From contig CAYXBP010000002.1 in NCBI GenBank assembly GCA_964463355.1, forward strand, positions 77,846 through 141,845: a stretch of DNA of 64,000 bases. Reading direction: 5' to 3'. Position 1 is the first letter of the stretch; each line of letters starts with the position of its first letter. Below the pieces are notes generated by a model. The model saw only the letters and a list, made by a program, of their open reading frames with translations, did no database searches and was not told the DNA's origin. This document shows positions 39,185 to 48,142 of the stretch, in pieces. A program made the translations under genes and the position numbers. Origin of the DNA: an uncultured Ruminococcus sp. GTDB lineage: Bacteria > Bacillota > Clostridia > Oscillospirales > Ruminococcaceae.

Positions 39185-42100
39185 TTGCTCAAACTTAATG
39201 GGATTACCAAGAACTATCTTTCAGGTGATACGCAGGTGCAGGCACTCAAGGGAATTGATGTCGCATTCCGTAAAAATGAGTTTGTCGCCGTACTGGGAGC
39301 CTCTGGTTGCGGCAAAACTACATTGCTGAACATCATCGGCGGTCTGGATCGCTACACCACAGGCGACTTGATGATTCAGGGTGTTTCCACAAAGGAGTAC
39401 TCCGACCGTGACTGGGACGATTACCGCAATCACACCATCGGTTTTGTATTCCAGACCTATAACCTCATTCCCCACCAGACCGTGCTTGCCAACGTAGAGT
39501 TGGCATTGACGCTTTCAGGTGTTTCCAAAGCGGAACGCCGTGAGCGAGCCAAGGCGATGCTGGAAAAAGTCGGTTTGGGCGACCAGATCCACAAAAAGCC
39601 CAACCAGATGTCTGGCGGTCAGATGCAGCGCGTGGCAATCGCCCGTGCGCTGATCAATAATCCGGAGATTTTGCTTGCCGATGAGCCGACCGGCGCATTG
39701 GATACCGAAACCAGTGTGCAGATCATGGAGTTGCTCAAAGAGATCTCCAAGGACAGACTGGTGTTGATGGTCACGCATAATCCGGAGCTTGCAGAGGCAT
39801 ACGCAAACCGTATCGTTCGCCTGAAAGACGGCAAGATCGTGGACGATACCAACCCCTATGAAGGTGAGCCGCAGCAGAAAACAAACGCGAAGGAAAAGAA
39901 AAAAAGCAGGAAAAAGCACACCTCTATGAGTTTTGCCACTGCCACTTCCCTTTCGCTGAACAACCTGATGACGAAAAAGGCACGTACCCTGCTAACCTCC
40001 TTTGCGGGCAGTATCGGCATCATCGGCATCGCGCTGATCCTTTCGCTTTCCGATGGCTTCCAAAGCTACATCGATACCGTGCAGGAAAATGCACTGTCCT
40101 CTTATCCGCTGACCATTCAGGAGCAGGCAGCCGATCTTTCGGGTATTCTGGAATCCATCGCCAACACAGCCCCCGAAGAGAAAAATCACGATATGGATAA
40201 GGTCTATATCAGCGATACGGCAAGCTCCATGCTCAATGCCATGGTCGCCGAGGTGCAGGAAAACGATATGACCGCCCTCAAAAAGTATCTGGAGGAACAC
40301 GCCGACGAACTGGAGCATCAGCATATCGAGTATTCCTATACCATCACGCCGCAAATTTATCTGGCAGATACCGCAGACGATATCACCGCAGTAAACCCCA
40401 ATCCTATGGTCGATGCCTACTACAAGATGCTTGGCTACGATATGAGTAATGCTGCATCAGGCTACTCTTCCATGATGAGCATGAGTACTTCGACTATGGA
40501 CGTATGGACAACACTGTACAGCGATATGGAACTGCTGGAATCCCAATACGACCTGATCTCTGGCAGCTGGCCAAAGAATTTTCAGGAAGTGGTTCTGGTG
40601 GTGGACGATAACAACGAAATCACCGATTTGACCATGTACGGTCTGGGGCTGCGTGACGCAGATGAGATCCCCAAGATGTTTGAAACCATCATGAGCGGCG
40701 GCACGCTGGAATCTCTCGCAGATAGCTTCGATTTCGAAGAGTTGCATAATCTTCGCTTCAAGCTGATACTCAATACCGATATCTACGAGTACGATGAAAA
40801 ATCCGAATGCTGGGTTGACCGCAGCAAAAACGATGACTTCATGCGGGAAGTCATCGACAACGGCGTGGAGCTGAAAATCAGCGGAATTATCCGCGTGAAG
40901 GAGGATGCAGCCACCGCCGCCATGATGCCTGGCACAATCTGCTACACCAAAGAGCTGACCGAGTATCTTATCGAAGAGATTGGAAAAACCCAGATTGTGA
41001 AAGAGCAAAAGGCGGATCCCGAAACAGATGTGTTTACGGGCTACGCGTTTGAAGATCCCGATGAAGATGTGACCATTAAGGATGTCTATGACTACATTGA
41101 TGGTATGAGCGAGGCAGAGCTGCAACAAATGCAGATGATGTTCGGCTCGATGTTTGGCAATTCGTTCTCTGCCGACGATGTGCTGAAAACCATTGATTCT
41201 ATGAGCGATGAGGAATTGGTTGCCGCGCTTGCACCCCAAATGGTGGCAGGCATTACCGTATCGGATGCAAAACTGTTTGCACAGACCGAGCAGGGCAAAG
41301 CGGCTCTGGCACAGGCAATTGCCGCAGGTACGGGCGCAGCACCTGATCTTACAGCAGTGGACACTCTTTCCGATGAGCAGTTGCTTGCGACCTATCAGCA
41401 AATAGCCATGGCAAATCTCACCGCAGAGCAGATCCGCACCAAAATCGCCAATATGTCCGAAGAAGAAATAGCCGCCTTCACCGCAGCAATGAACCCTGGC
41501 AGCGATGCAGAAAGCATCAAGAAAATGCTTGCCACCATGGATGAGGAAACACTGCTTACCATCTTCAAGGAGCAGGTTCTCAACGCCTCTACCGAAAACA
41601 CCTATGAGGGTAACCTCAGCGTGTTGGGCGTGCATGATCCCGAACACCCCAATGCAATTCTGATCTACTCCGACAGCTTTGAAGCCAAAGAAGCGTTTGA
41701 AGCATTTTTGGAAGACTACAACCAACAGCAGCTTGACAACGGCAATGAAAACGGCGTGATCGAATACACAGACTATATCGGCATCATGCTTTCCTCCGTG
41801 ACTTCTATCATCAATATGGTTTCCTATGTGCTGATCGGCTTTGTATCCATATCGCTGGTGGTTTCGTCCATCATGATCGGCATCATCACCTATATTTCTG
41901 TGCTGGAGCGCACCAAGGAGATCGGCATTCTGCGTTCCATCGGTGCTTCTAAAAAAGATGTCAGCCGTGTGTTCAACGCCGAAACCTTCCTTGTTGGTCT
42001 GGTTTCCGGTCTAATCGGTGTGGTGATTACCATGCTGCTGGATATTCCCATCAATCTCATCATTGAGGCGGTTTCGGGCGTACCGAATGTCGCTTTCCTG

Positions 42101-42220
42101 CGACCTGTCTATGCAGTCATCCTGATCGCCATCAGTGTGATTCTGACGCTCATCGCAGGTCTTGTGCCTTCTCGCCTTGCTGCCAAGCAAGACCCCGTCA
42201 TCGCCCTCCGCAGCGAGTAA
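39185..42220 (+). CDS. Fused ABC transporter ATP-binding protein / FtsX-family (MacB-type) permease with an extracytoplasmic domain of about 600 aa
   Basis: (M)LKLNGITKNY, Walker A GASGCGKTT, signature MSGGQMQRVAIARA, Walker B ILLADEPTGALD. This is followed by TM1 (LLTSFAGSIGIIGIALILSL), a long soluble region and a C-terminal FtsX module (ERTKEIGILRSIGASKKDV plus 3 TM). The start is ambiguous: TTG at 39185 after AGAAAGG, or ATG at 39161. Confidence 0.85.
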   Translation: MLKLNGITKNYLSGDTQVQALKGIDVAFRKNEFVAVLGASGCGKTTLLNIIGGLDRYTTGDLMIQGVSTKEYSDRDWDDYRNHTIGFVFQTYNLIPHQTVLANVELALTLSGVSKAERRERAKAMLEKVGLGDQIHKKPNQMSGGQMQRVAIARALINNPEILLADEPTGALDTETSVQIMELLKEISKDRLVLMVTHNPELAEAYANRIVRLKDGKIVDDTNPYEGEPQQKTNAKEKKKSRKKHTSMSFATATSLSLNNLMTKKARTLLTSFAGSIGIIGIALILSLSDGFQSYIDTVQENALSSYPLTIQEQAADLSGILESIANTAPEEKNHDMDKVYISDTASSMLNAMVAEVQENDMTALKKYLEEHADELEHQHIEYSYTITPQIYLADTADDITAVNPNPMVDAYYKMLGYDMSNAASGYSSMMSMSTSTMDVWTTLYSDMELLESQYDLISGSWPKNFQEVVLVVDDNNEITDLTMYGLGLRDADEIPKMFETIMSGGTLESLADSFDFEELHNLRFKLILNTDIYEYDEKSECWVDRSKNDDFMREVIDNGVELKISGIIRVKEDAATAAMMPGTICYTKELTEYLIEEIGKTQIVKEQKADPETDVFTGYAFEDPDEDVTIKDVYDYIDGMSEAELQQMQMMFGSMFGNSFSADDVLKTIDSMSDEELVAALAPQMVAGITVSDAKLFAQTEQGKAALAQAIAAGTGAAPDLTAVDTLSDEQLLATYQQIAMANLTAEQIRTKIANMSEEEIAAFTAAMNPGSDAESIKKMLATMDEETLLTIFKEQVLNASTENTYEGNLSVLGVHDPEHPNAILIYSDSFEAKEAFEAFLEDYNQQQLDNGNENGVIEYTDYIGIMLSSVTSIINMVSYVLIGFVSISLVVSSIMIGIITYISVLERTKEIGILRSIGASKKDVSRVFNAETFLVGLVSGLIGVVITMLLDIPINLIIEAVSGVPNVAFLRPVYAVILIAISVILTLIAGLVPSRLAAKQDPVIALRSE

Positions 42221-42242
42221 GCACCCTGCGAATCAAGAAGAA

Positions 42243-42278
42243 GATACCCCCTCGTTCAGAGGGGGTATCCGTTTTTTT
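42243..42278 (+). terminator. Rho-independent terminator after the ABC gene
   Basis: GATACCCCCT / AGGGGGTATC stem followed by a T7 run. Confidence 0.8.
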
Positions 42279-42295
42279 CAACAAGCTGTGGAATC

Positions 42296-42323
42296 AAAAA
42301 GGCGCGGGGGGAAGCCCCGCGCC
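42296..42323 (-). terminator. Rho-independent terminator after the pectate lyase gene
   Basis: GGCGCGGGG / CCCCGCGCC stem. On the minus strand it is followed by TTTTTG. Confidence 0.75.
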
Positions 42324-42343
42324 TTTTCTGTACAACCCCCGTA

Positions 42344-44911
42344 TCAGTCGGCTGCAAATCCCGCAAGCATACTAAGAATACGGGTAGCATCATCGCTATC
42401 CAGCACACCTGAAGCATTCATATCCGCATTGGCAAGCCCCTGCGTGCTGATCGTTACCGTGTCATCCTCCGCAAGGAATCGATTAAGCAAAATTACATCA
42501 CTGATCTTCACAAAGCCATCGCAATTCACATCGCCTTTTTGCACCGTCACAATAGGCGCAGTGGTAGTCTGGGCAGTATCTGCAACTGCCATCACGCTGT
42601 AGTTTATACAGCCCGATGCCTGTCCGTTTTCCCCCAGGGTGATCTGTTCCCCAGCAGCCAGCTTGATTTGATACACGGTAAAATGAACATCACTGGAACT
42701 TTGGAAAGTCAGATTGGTTTTTTCCCAAGAGGAAAGCCATGCGGGCGTTGTACCCACGCGAGCATCCTGCGCAACATACAGAGTCATATCGGCAGCGGCG
42801 GTAAACTGAAGCAGATTGGTAGTCAAATTTTTTGCATCACAGGCAGTCAGGATATACTCAGCCCCCAGCAGCTCCTCAGGCAGGTTGACGAAAGTCACAT
42901 TACGATCGCCAAAGATCAACGCACCGTCGGAAAGCTCCTGTCCAATGGAGTACGCGGAAAAATAAGTTTCATCCAATACATACAGATCGCGAATCAGCTT
43001 GCCGTTCAAAGGCATGGCATCTTTGCCGAACACAAGGCTGTCGATATTGCAGAGGTAGCCATCGCCGCCCACAAATTTCAGATAAATGTTCTTTTTGCCG
43101 CTGACCGTTGCCATATTGCAGGAAACCGCAGTGTAATCCTGCCAGCCTCCCGTGTTTGGTACAGTAAGCTTTGCAACTGGTGTACTATCTAAACTGTCCA
43201 CATACACCTCAATGAATGCCCCTGCCGACGTACTTGCCACATTGGCGGTAAAGCACCTGCCGCCGTCTGCAAAATCTACATTACGAAACATGATGTAGTC
43301 GCCGCTTTCGATATAGCCTACATTCACAGTACCATTGCCGTTATGCTCTGTCTGTACACCGCTTTGCATTGCATAATCCTCCGCCTGAATGGTAGAAAAT
43401 GCAGAAATCGGCTCAATGGCAGCAATTTCAGGGGATGGTGTCACTACACCTGTCGGGAATGCATCCACGGTCAAATCGTTGATATAGTATTCGATGTTGG
43501 TATAGCCACCGCCACAGTAATCGCCGTTGACATCGGAAGGATCGTTGGGATCTAAGCCGCGCAGCAGCTCCCAAGTATCGTCCATACCGTCATTGTCCGC
43601 ATCTGTGATCGTTTTGGTCAATACAGCAGCTGGATATTCATAGGTAACGCCGCAAGCGATGTTGTATTTGTTCAAATCACTAACAGAAGAATCATAAGCA
43701 GCCGTACCGCTGCAAGAACCAGTGCCGTTTTTTGTTTCCTCAGCGCACTGTCGGTCAATGGCAGTGCGCAGTTCCGAAGAGATTCCGTTGCCTGCATAAG
43801 CAATGACATGCTCATAAGAATCGGCTGCGCTCTCAGCGGTCATAGCGGTAGAAACATCCTCGCCATTGACAGTAACAGCAAAATGTGTATCGGAGCGCGT
43901 ACTCGCCTCATTTTTACCGCTTTTGTAGGAGATCGCAGACCAGTTCGCATTTTCAGCATTCCGTACGGAGCCATCTTTGTTGAGAATCCGGTTGCCTGTC
44001 AGATACAGCATAAAATTCTCGCTATTAGAAACCTGTGCGTAGTGGTAAGCACCCGTGGTGGAGTTTCCTGCTTTCAAAGTGTTGTTGACATAATTCACAT
44101 GACCGATGGTGCCATAGGTGGTCTGGTAGCCCCAGTCGTAGATCACGTTGTTGGTGAAATCGGCAGCGTTCTGATCAGGCACCTTGCCGCGGAAATTACG
44201 GGATACGCAGTGAATCACCAGATTGTGGTCATAGGTAACATTCGATCTGCCCAGCATGATACCAAAGCCGTGAACACCCTTTGCATGACCGCCCCACGAG
44301 TTTGCAGGCCCAATGATCGAATACTGCAAGGTGTAGTTATCGTTTTTGGAATACAAACCCCATTGCTCGTCTGATGCCCAACCGATAGAGCAGTGATCAA
44401 GGATAGAATTGGAGCCGCCTGCACCACCCAGCGCATCATTGCCAGAACTGGTCGCTTTGTATGGGCCAGGTCTGGAACTGATAAATCGACAGATGACATT
44501 CGTGCCACCCAGTCCCAGCTTATAATTCTTCAGGGTTATGCCGCTGCCGCCGGGGGCTGTCTGCCCTGCAATGGTGATATTGCTCTGACAGACCACATTG
44601 CTTTGCAACTCGATCGTACCGCTGACATCAAACACCACGATACGATTGGACTTGCTGACTGCATCACGGAACGAACCTGCACCGCTGTCATTCAGATTCG
44701 TTACATGGTAAACTTCTCCGCCACGGCCGCCCGTAGCATATTTTCCTCCGCCCACAGCTCCTGGAAATGCAAGCAAATTGCCTGCTGCACCGTCTGCCTC
44801 AGGGAAACTGTTTCCCGTGATCAATCCTGCCGCAAGCATACAAAGGCTCATAGCAACCGCCCCGATCCTGCCCATGCGACGGCGTGCAGCATTGCGCATA
44901 TTCTGTTTCAT
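42344..44911 (-). CDS. Secreted pectate lyase (PL1-like) with a CBM6/35-like module, a further beta-sandwich-like region and a C-terminal type I dockerin
   Basis: Signal peptide, then AFPGAVGGGKYATGGRGGEVYHVTNLNDSGAGSFRDAV...ITIAGQTAPG (PL1 pattern). IQAEDYAMQSG...GGWQDY is CBM6/35-like. GDVNCDGFVKISDVILLNRFL...ADMNASGVLDSDDATRILSMLAG is a dockerin duplicated Ca-binding repeat. Confidence 0.85.
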   Translation of the reverse strand: MKQNMRNAARRRMGRIGAVAMSLCMLAAGLITGNSFPEADGAAGNLLAFPGAVGGGKYATGGRGGEVYHVTNLNDSGAGSFRDAVSKSNRIVVFDVSGTIELQSNVVCQSNITIAGQTAPGGSGITLKNYKLGLGGTNVICRFISSRPGPYKATSSGNDALGGAGGSNSILDHCSIGWASDEQWGLYSKNDNYTLQYSIIGPANSWGGHAKGVHGFGIMLGRSNVTYDHNLVIHCVSRNFRGKVPDQNAADFTNNVIYDWGYQTTYGTIGHVNYVNNTLKAGNSTTGAYHYAQVSNSENFMLYLTGNRILNKDGSVRNAENANWSAISYKSGKNEASTRSDTHFAVTVNGEDVSTAMTAESAADSYEHVIAYAGNGISSELRTAIDRQCAEETKNGTGSCSGTAAYDSSVSDLNKYNIACGVTYEYPAAVLTKTITDADNDGMDDTWELLRGLDPNDPSDVNGDYCGGGYTNIEYYINDLTVDAFPTGVVTPSPEIAAIEPISAFSTIQAEDYAMQSGVQTEHNGNGTVNVGYIESGDYIMFRNVDFADGGRCFTANVASTSAGAFIEVYVDSLDSTPVAKLTVPNTGGWQDYTAVSCNMATVSGKKNIYLKFVGGDGYLCNIDSLVFGKDAMPLNGKLIRDLYVLDETYFSAYSIGQELSDGALIFGDRNVTFVNLPEELLGAEYILTACDAKNLTTNLLQFTAAADMTLYVAQDARVGTTPAWLSSWEKTNLTFQSSSDVHFTVYQIKLAAGEQITLGENGQASGCINYSVMAVADTAQTTTAPIVTVQKGDVNCDGFVKISDVILLNRFLAEDDTVTISTQGLANADMNASGVLDSDDATRILSMLAGFAAD

Positions 44912-45008
44912 AAAAGAACCTCTCTGTTTTCACTCTGTATTTATGTAAGCGGCAACCTTGCGCCACCGATTCTGTGCGCTGTTACCCAAATAGGATCGCG
45001 CTGACAGT

Positions 45009-45037
45009 ATCATAGCATATGCGGCAAAGAATTGCAA
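45009..45037 (-). promoter_or_regulatory. Sigma-A-type promoter for the pectate lyase gene
   Basis: On the minus strand, TTGCAA, 17 nt, TATGAT, with a TGc extension. Confidence 0.5.
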
Positions 45038-45099
45038 GGCAGAATCCGCAACATGATACAATATCACATAAATGCAGCGCAAAAGATCAATTCTACCAG

Positions 45100-45128
45100 T
45101 TGCGAGGAATCGTAACCTGTGCTATAAT
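45100..45128 (+). promoter_or_regulatory. Sigma-A-type promoter for birA
   Basis: TTGCGA, 17 nt, TATAAT, with a TGc extension. Confidence 0.55.
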
Positions 45129-45164
45129 AGGCTTGGTGAAATCATCCGTAAAGGAGAAAGCTTC

Positions 45165-45941
45165 ATGAATCCGCAAATAATAGCAAAACTTCTACAAGGC
45201 AGCGGCATCACTGTACTGGAATCAACCACATCCACCAACGATGCCCTGCGTACAATGGCAAATGCAGGCGCACCAGATGGCACAACCATTATTGCATTGC
45301 GGCAAACAGCAGGCAAGGGGCGCATGGGCAGAACGTTTTTTTCGCCCGATGGCGGCCTGTACTGGAGCATTTTACTGCGCCCCCCATATACCATGAAGGA
45401 ATGTCTTGGATTAACGCCAATGGCAGCAGTTGCTGTGCATGAGTGCCTGCAAGAGGTATTCGGCGTGTCGGCAGGCATCAAGTGGGTGAATGATCTGCTG
45501 CTTGGTGGAAAGAAAATCTGCGGTATTTTGACAGAATCGGTAGCGGATGGGCATTCACCGCAGCCGGCTTTCGTGATTGTCGGCATTGGCATTGATCTGA
45601 TTCCACCGCGCGAGGGGCTGCCCGATGATCTGAAATCCATCGCAGGGACTGTATTGCCATCGGCAGAACAGCTTACCGAACAGTTGTATGCTGCTGCGGC
45701 ATTGACGCTTCGCAAACGATTTTTGCAGTATTATCAAACACTGCGTGAAAAATCGTACGTTTCGCAGTATCAAGCAGCATTGTGTATGCTCGGGCAGCCT
45801 GTGACAGTGCTGGAAAACGGCACCGAACGTGCTGCGATGGCGTTAGCAGTGGATGACGATCTGCGGTTGCTGGTGCGGTATGATACTGGAGAAGAACAGT
45901 GGCGCAGCAGCGGAGAAATCCGCATACGGTTGTGCGGTTGA
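45165..45941 (+). CDS. birA: Biotin--[acetyl-CoA-carboxylase] ligase (no N-terminal HTH, group I)
   Basis: RQTAGKGRMGRTFFSPDGGLYWSILLRP and GIKWVNDLLLGGKKICGILTE motifs. The ATG at 45165 follows AAGGAG. Confidence 0.85.
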   Translation: MNPQIIAKLLQGSGITVLESTTSTNDALRTMANAGAPDGTTIIALRQTAGKGRMGRTFFSPDGGLYWSILLRPPYTMKECLGLTPMAAVAVHECLQEVFGVSAGIKWVNDLLLGGKKICGILTESVADGHSPQPAFVIVGIGIDLIPPREGLPDDLKSIAGTVLPSAEQLTEQLYAAAALTLRKRFLQYYQTLREKSYVSQYQAALCMLGQPVTVLENGTERAAMALAVDDDLRLLVRYDTGEEQWRSSGEIRIRLCG

Positions 45942-46039
45942 AACCACAGGGGCCACCTTTCAAAAAAACTTGACAAAATTGCGATTCTGTGGTACTCTAG
46001 TATCAATCTCGAATGCATTTTTATAAAGGAGCGAACAGA

Positions 46040-47683
46040 ATGGATCATCAGGCATTGGCTACACTGCTTTTTCCAAATATTACAAAAACCATTGCAGATT
46101 ATGAGCTTCGTTACCCCAAGCGCAATCTGCCCGAGGGCGCGGTGGTTACCCGCATCGCCCCCTCCCCCACAGGATTCGTGCATCTGGGCAACCTGTACAA
46201 CGCAATCGGCGAACGCCTTGCCCACCAGACCAACGGCGTTTTTTTTCTGCGCATTGAGGACACCGACCAGAAACGCGAAGTAGAAGGCGCGGTAGAGGCG
46301 TTGATGGATTCCATGCACTATTACGGCATTGAGTTTGATGAAGGCGCAACCGTGGACGGCGAAATCGGCGATTATGGCCCTTATCGTCAGCGTCAGCGCA
46401 AGGAACTCTACCAGACCGTGGCAAAATCGCTGGTAGAGCGCGGACTTGCCTACCCATGCTTCTGCTCCGAGGAGCATCTTACCGCTATGCGCGATGCGCA
46501 AATGGCGCAGAAAGAAAACATCGGGTACTACGGCAAATGGGCGGATTGCCGTGACCTTCCCTACGATGCGATTGCAGCCCGTATCGCAAAGGGTGAACAA
46601 TGGGTGCTGCGTTTTCGCAGCAGCGGCAACCCCGAAAATATGATTCCCGTACAGGATGGCATTCGCGGCGAGTTGAAAGTGCAGGAGAATTACACCGATT
46701 TCGTACTGCTCAAATCCGATGGCATCCCTACCTATCACTTTGCTCATGTCTGCGATGACCACTTTATGCGTACCACTCATGTTTTGCGCGATGAAAGCTG
46801 GCTTGCTACACTTCCCATTCATGTGCAATTGTTTGATACTTTACACTGGGAGCGTCCGTTATATTGCCATACCGCAACCCTGATGAAGATGGATGGTGCC
46901 TCCAAACGGAAGCTTTCCAAGCGCAAGGATCCCGAACTGGCACTTTCCTACTACCGCGCAGAGGGCTTTCCTCCCGAAGCAGTACAGCAGTATCTGCTGA
47001 CGGTGCTTAACAGCAATTTTGAGGAGTGGCGCATGGCAAACCCCACGGCAAACTCTCGCGAATTTACCTTCTCGCTGGAAAAGATGAGCAGTTCTGGTGC
47101 GCTGTTTGATCTTGCAAAGCTCGACCATATCGCAAAAGAGTATCTCTCTCACCAGAGTGCAGCATTCGTTTATGATAATCTGCTGGCATGGGTAAAGGAA
47201 TATCGCACCCCCGAAGAAGCATCCCGTCTGGAACAGAACCGCGACTACTATCTGGCGGCACTGCGCATCGGCAGAGGTGGAGATAAGCCCCGTAAAGACT
47301 TCGGCAGCTGGAAACAGGCATACGATTTTCTTTCATTTTATGATGCAGCGCGGTTTGCCCGCGAAGATGCCTGCCCCGAAAACATCTCCCCTGAACATAA
47401 AAAAGAGATCCTGACCCGCTACCTCACCACCATGGATTTTGCAGACGATTCCACTGTGTGGTTTGGCAAGGTCAAAGAAATTACCGAAGCACTGGGCTAT
47501 GCGGTACAGGTGAAAAAGTACAAGAAGAATCCTGAACTGTACCCTGGCAGCATCGTGGATGTAAGCAACCTGATCCGTGTGGCATTGACAGGGCGCCGCA
47601 ATTCCCCCGATTTGTGGGAAATCAGCCATGTGCTGGGCGAAGCAGAAACGCGCCGCCGCATCGAAGAATACGCAGCCCTATGA
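46040..47683 (+). CDS. gltX: Glutamate--tRNA ligase (long clostridial form)
   Basis: The class I HIGH region is PSPTGFVHLGN and the KMSKS-like motif is KLSKRK. The ATG at 46040 follows AAGGAG. Confidence 0.88.
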   Translation: MDHQALATLLFPNITKTIADYELRYPKRNLPEGAVVTRIAPSPTGFVHLGNLYNAIGERLAHQTNGVFFLRIEDTDQKREVEGAVEALMDSMHYYGIEFDEGATVDGEIGDYGPYRQRQRKELYQTVAKSLVERGLAYPCFCSEEHLTAMRDAQMAQKENIGYYGKWADCRDLPYDAIAARIAKGEQWVLRFRSSGNPENMIPVQDGIRGELKVQENYTDFVLLKSDGIPTYHFAHVCDDHFMRTTHVLRDESWLATLPIHVQLFDTLHWERPLYCHTATLMKMDGASKRKLSKRKDPELALSYYRAEGFPPEAVQQYLLTVLNSNFEEWRMANPTANSREFTFSLEKMSSSGALFDLAKLDHIAKEYLSHQSAAFVYDNLLAWVKEYRTPEEASRLEQNRDYYLAALRIGRGGDKPRKDFGSWKQAYDFLSFYDAARFAREDACPENISPEHKKEILTRYLTTMDFADDSTVWFGKVKEITEALGYAVQVKKYKKNPELYPGSIVDVSNLIRVALTGRRNSPDLWEISHVLGEAETRRRIEEYAAL

Positions 47684-47868
47684 ATAAACCATTACAGTGT
47701 CTGCGCTGCGGTGCCGAAATGAAACCCTCCCTGCCTGTTCCAAGCGGTACCAAGCAGCCTCTGCTCCGTGAAGCCAATCGCTTGATGACGCAAGCACTGC
47801 ATATCACTATGTATGAATGCACATGCTGCGGCAAGGTGGAGTTTTTTCGGCAAAAAAACCTGCGGTAA
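47680..47868 (+). CDS. Small zinc-ribbon protein (hypothetical)
   Basis: MNKPLQCLRCGAEM...YECTCCGKVEFF has two CxxC pairs. Its ATG overlaps the gltX TGA (ATGA). Confidence 0.5.
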   Translation: MNKPLQCLRCGAEMKPSLPVPSGTKQPLLREANRLMTQALHITMYECTCCGKVEFFRQKNLR

Positions 47869-48046
47869 CATAAACACAGCCCGTGCAAGATGTGCCGCCA
47901 GCCTTCTGACAGGCTTTATGTGGCGTTATCTTCAGTAAAATGGAAACACCAAAGCAGCCGTCTTGCGTTTTGCAGGATGGCTGTTGCTTTCGATATCCTT
48001 GTGTGTCGCTTCCATCTGCCGCTATGAGAAAATTCTGCAAAAGCCC

Positions 48047-48075
48047 TTGCCAATGCGTCGAAAGTATGTTATAAT
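48047..48075 (+). promoter_or_regulatory. Sigma-A-type promoter for the VanY-like gene
   Basis: TTGCCA, 17 nt, TATAAT, with a TGt extension. Confidence 0.55.
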
Positions 48076-48142
48076 AATAGAATGAACTCGAATCAATGCT
48101 TTTCGATGCAAGGAAAGTTGAAATAATGGATGGAGGTTTACT

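Noticed and set aside
40457-41725. Minus-strand ORF of 422 aa inside the ABC transporter gene.
   Set aside because: It is antisense to a well-supported CDS and has a Cys/His/Phe-rich composition.
45770-46828. Minus-strand ORF of 352 aa overlapping birA and gltX.
   Set aside because: It is antisense to gltX and crosses the birA-gltX spacer. It has no motifs.
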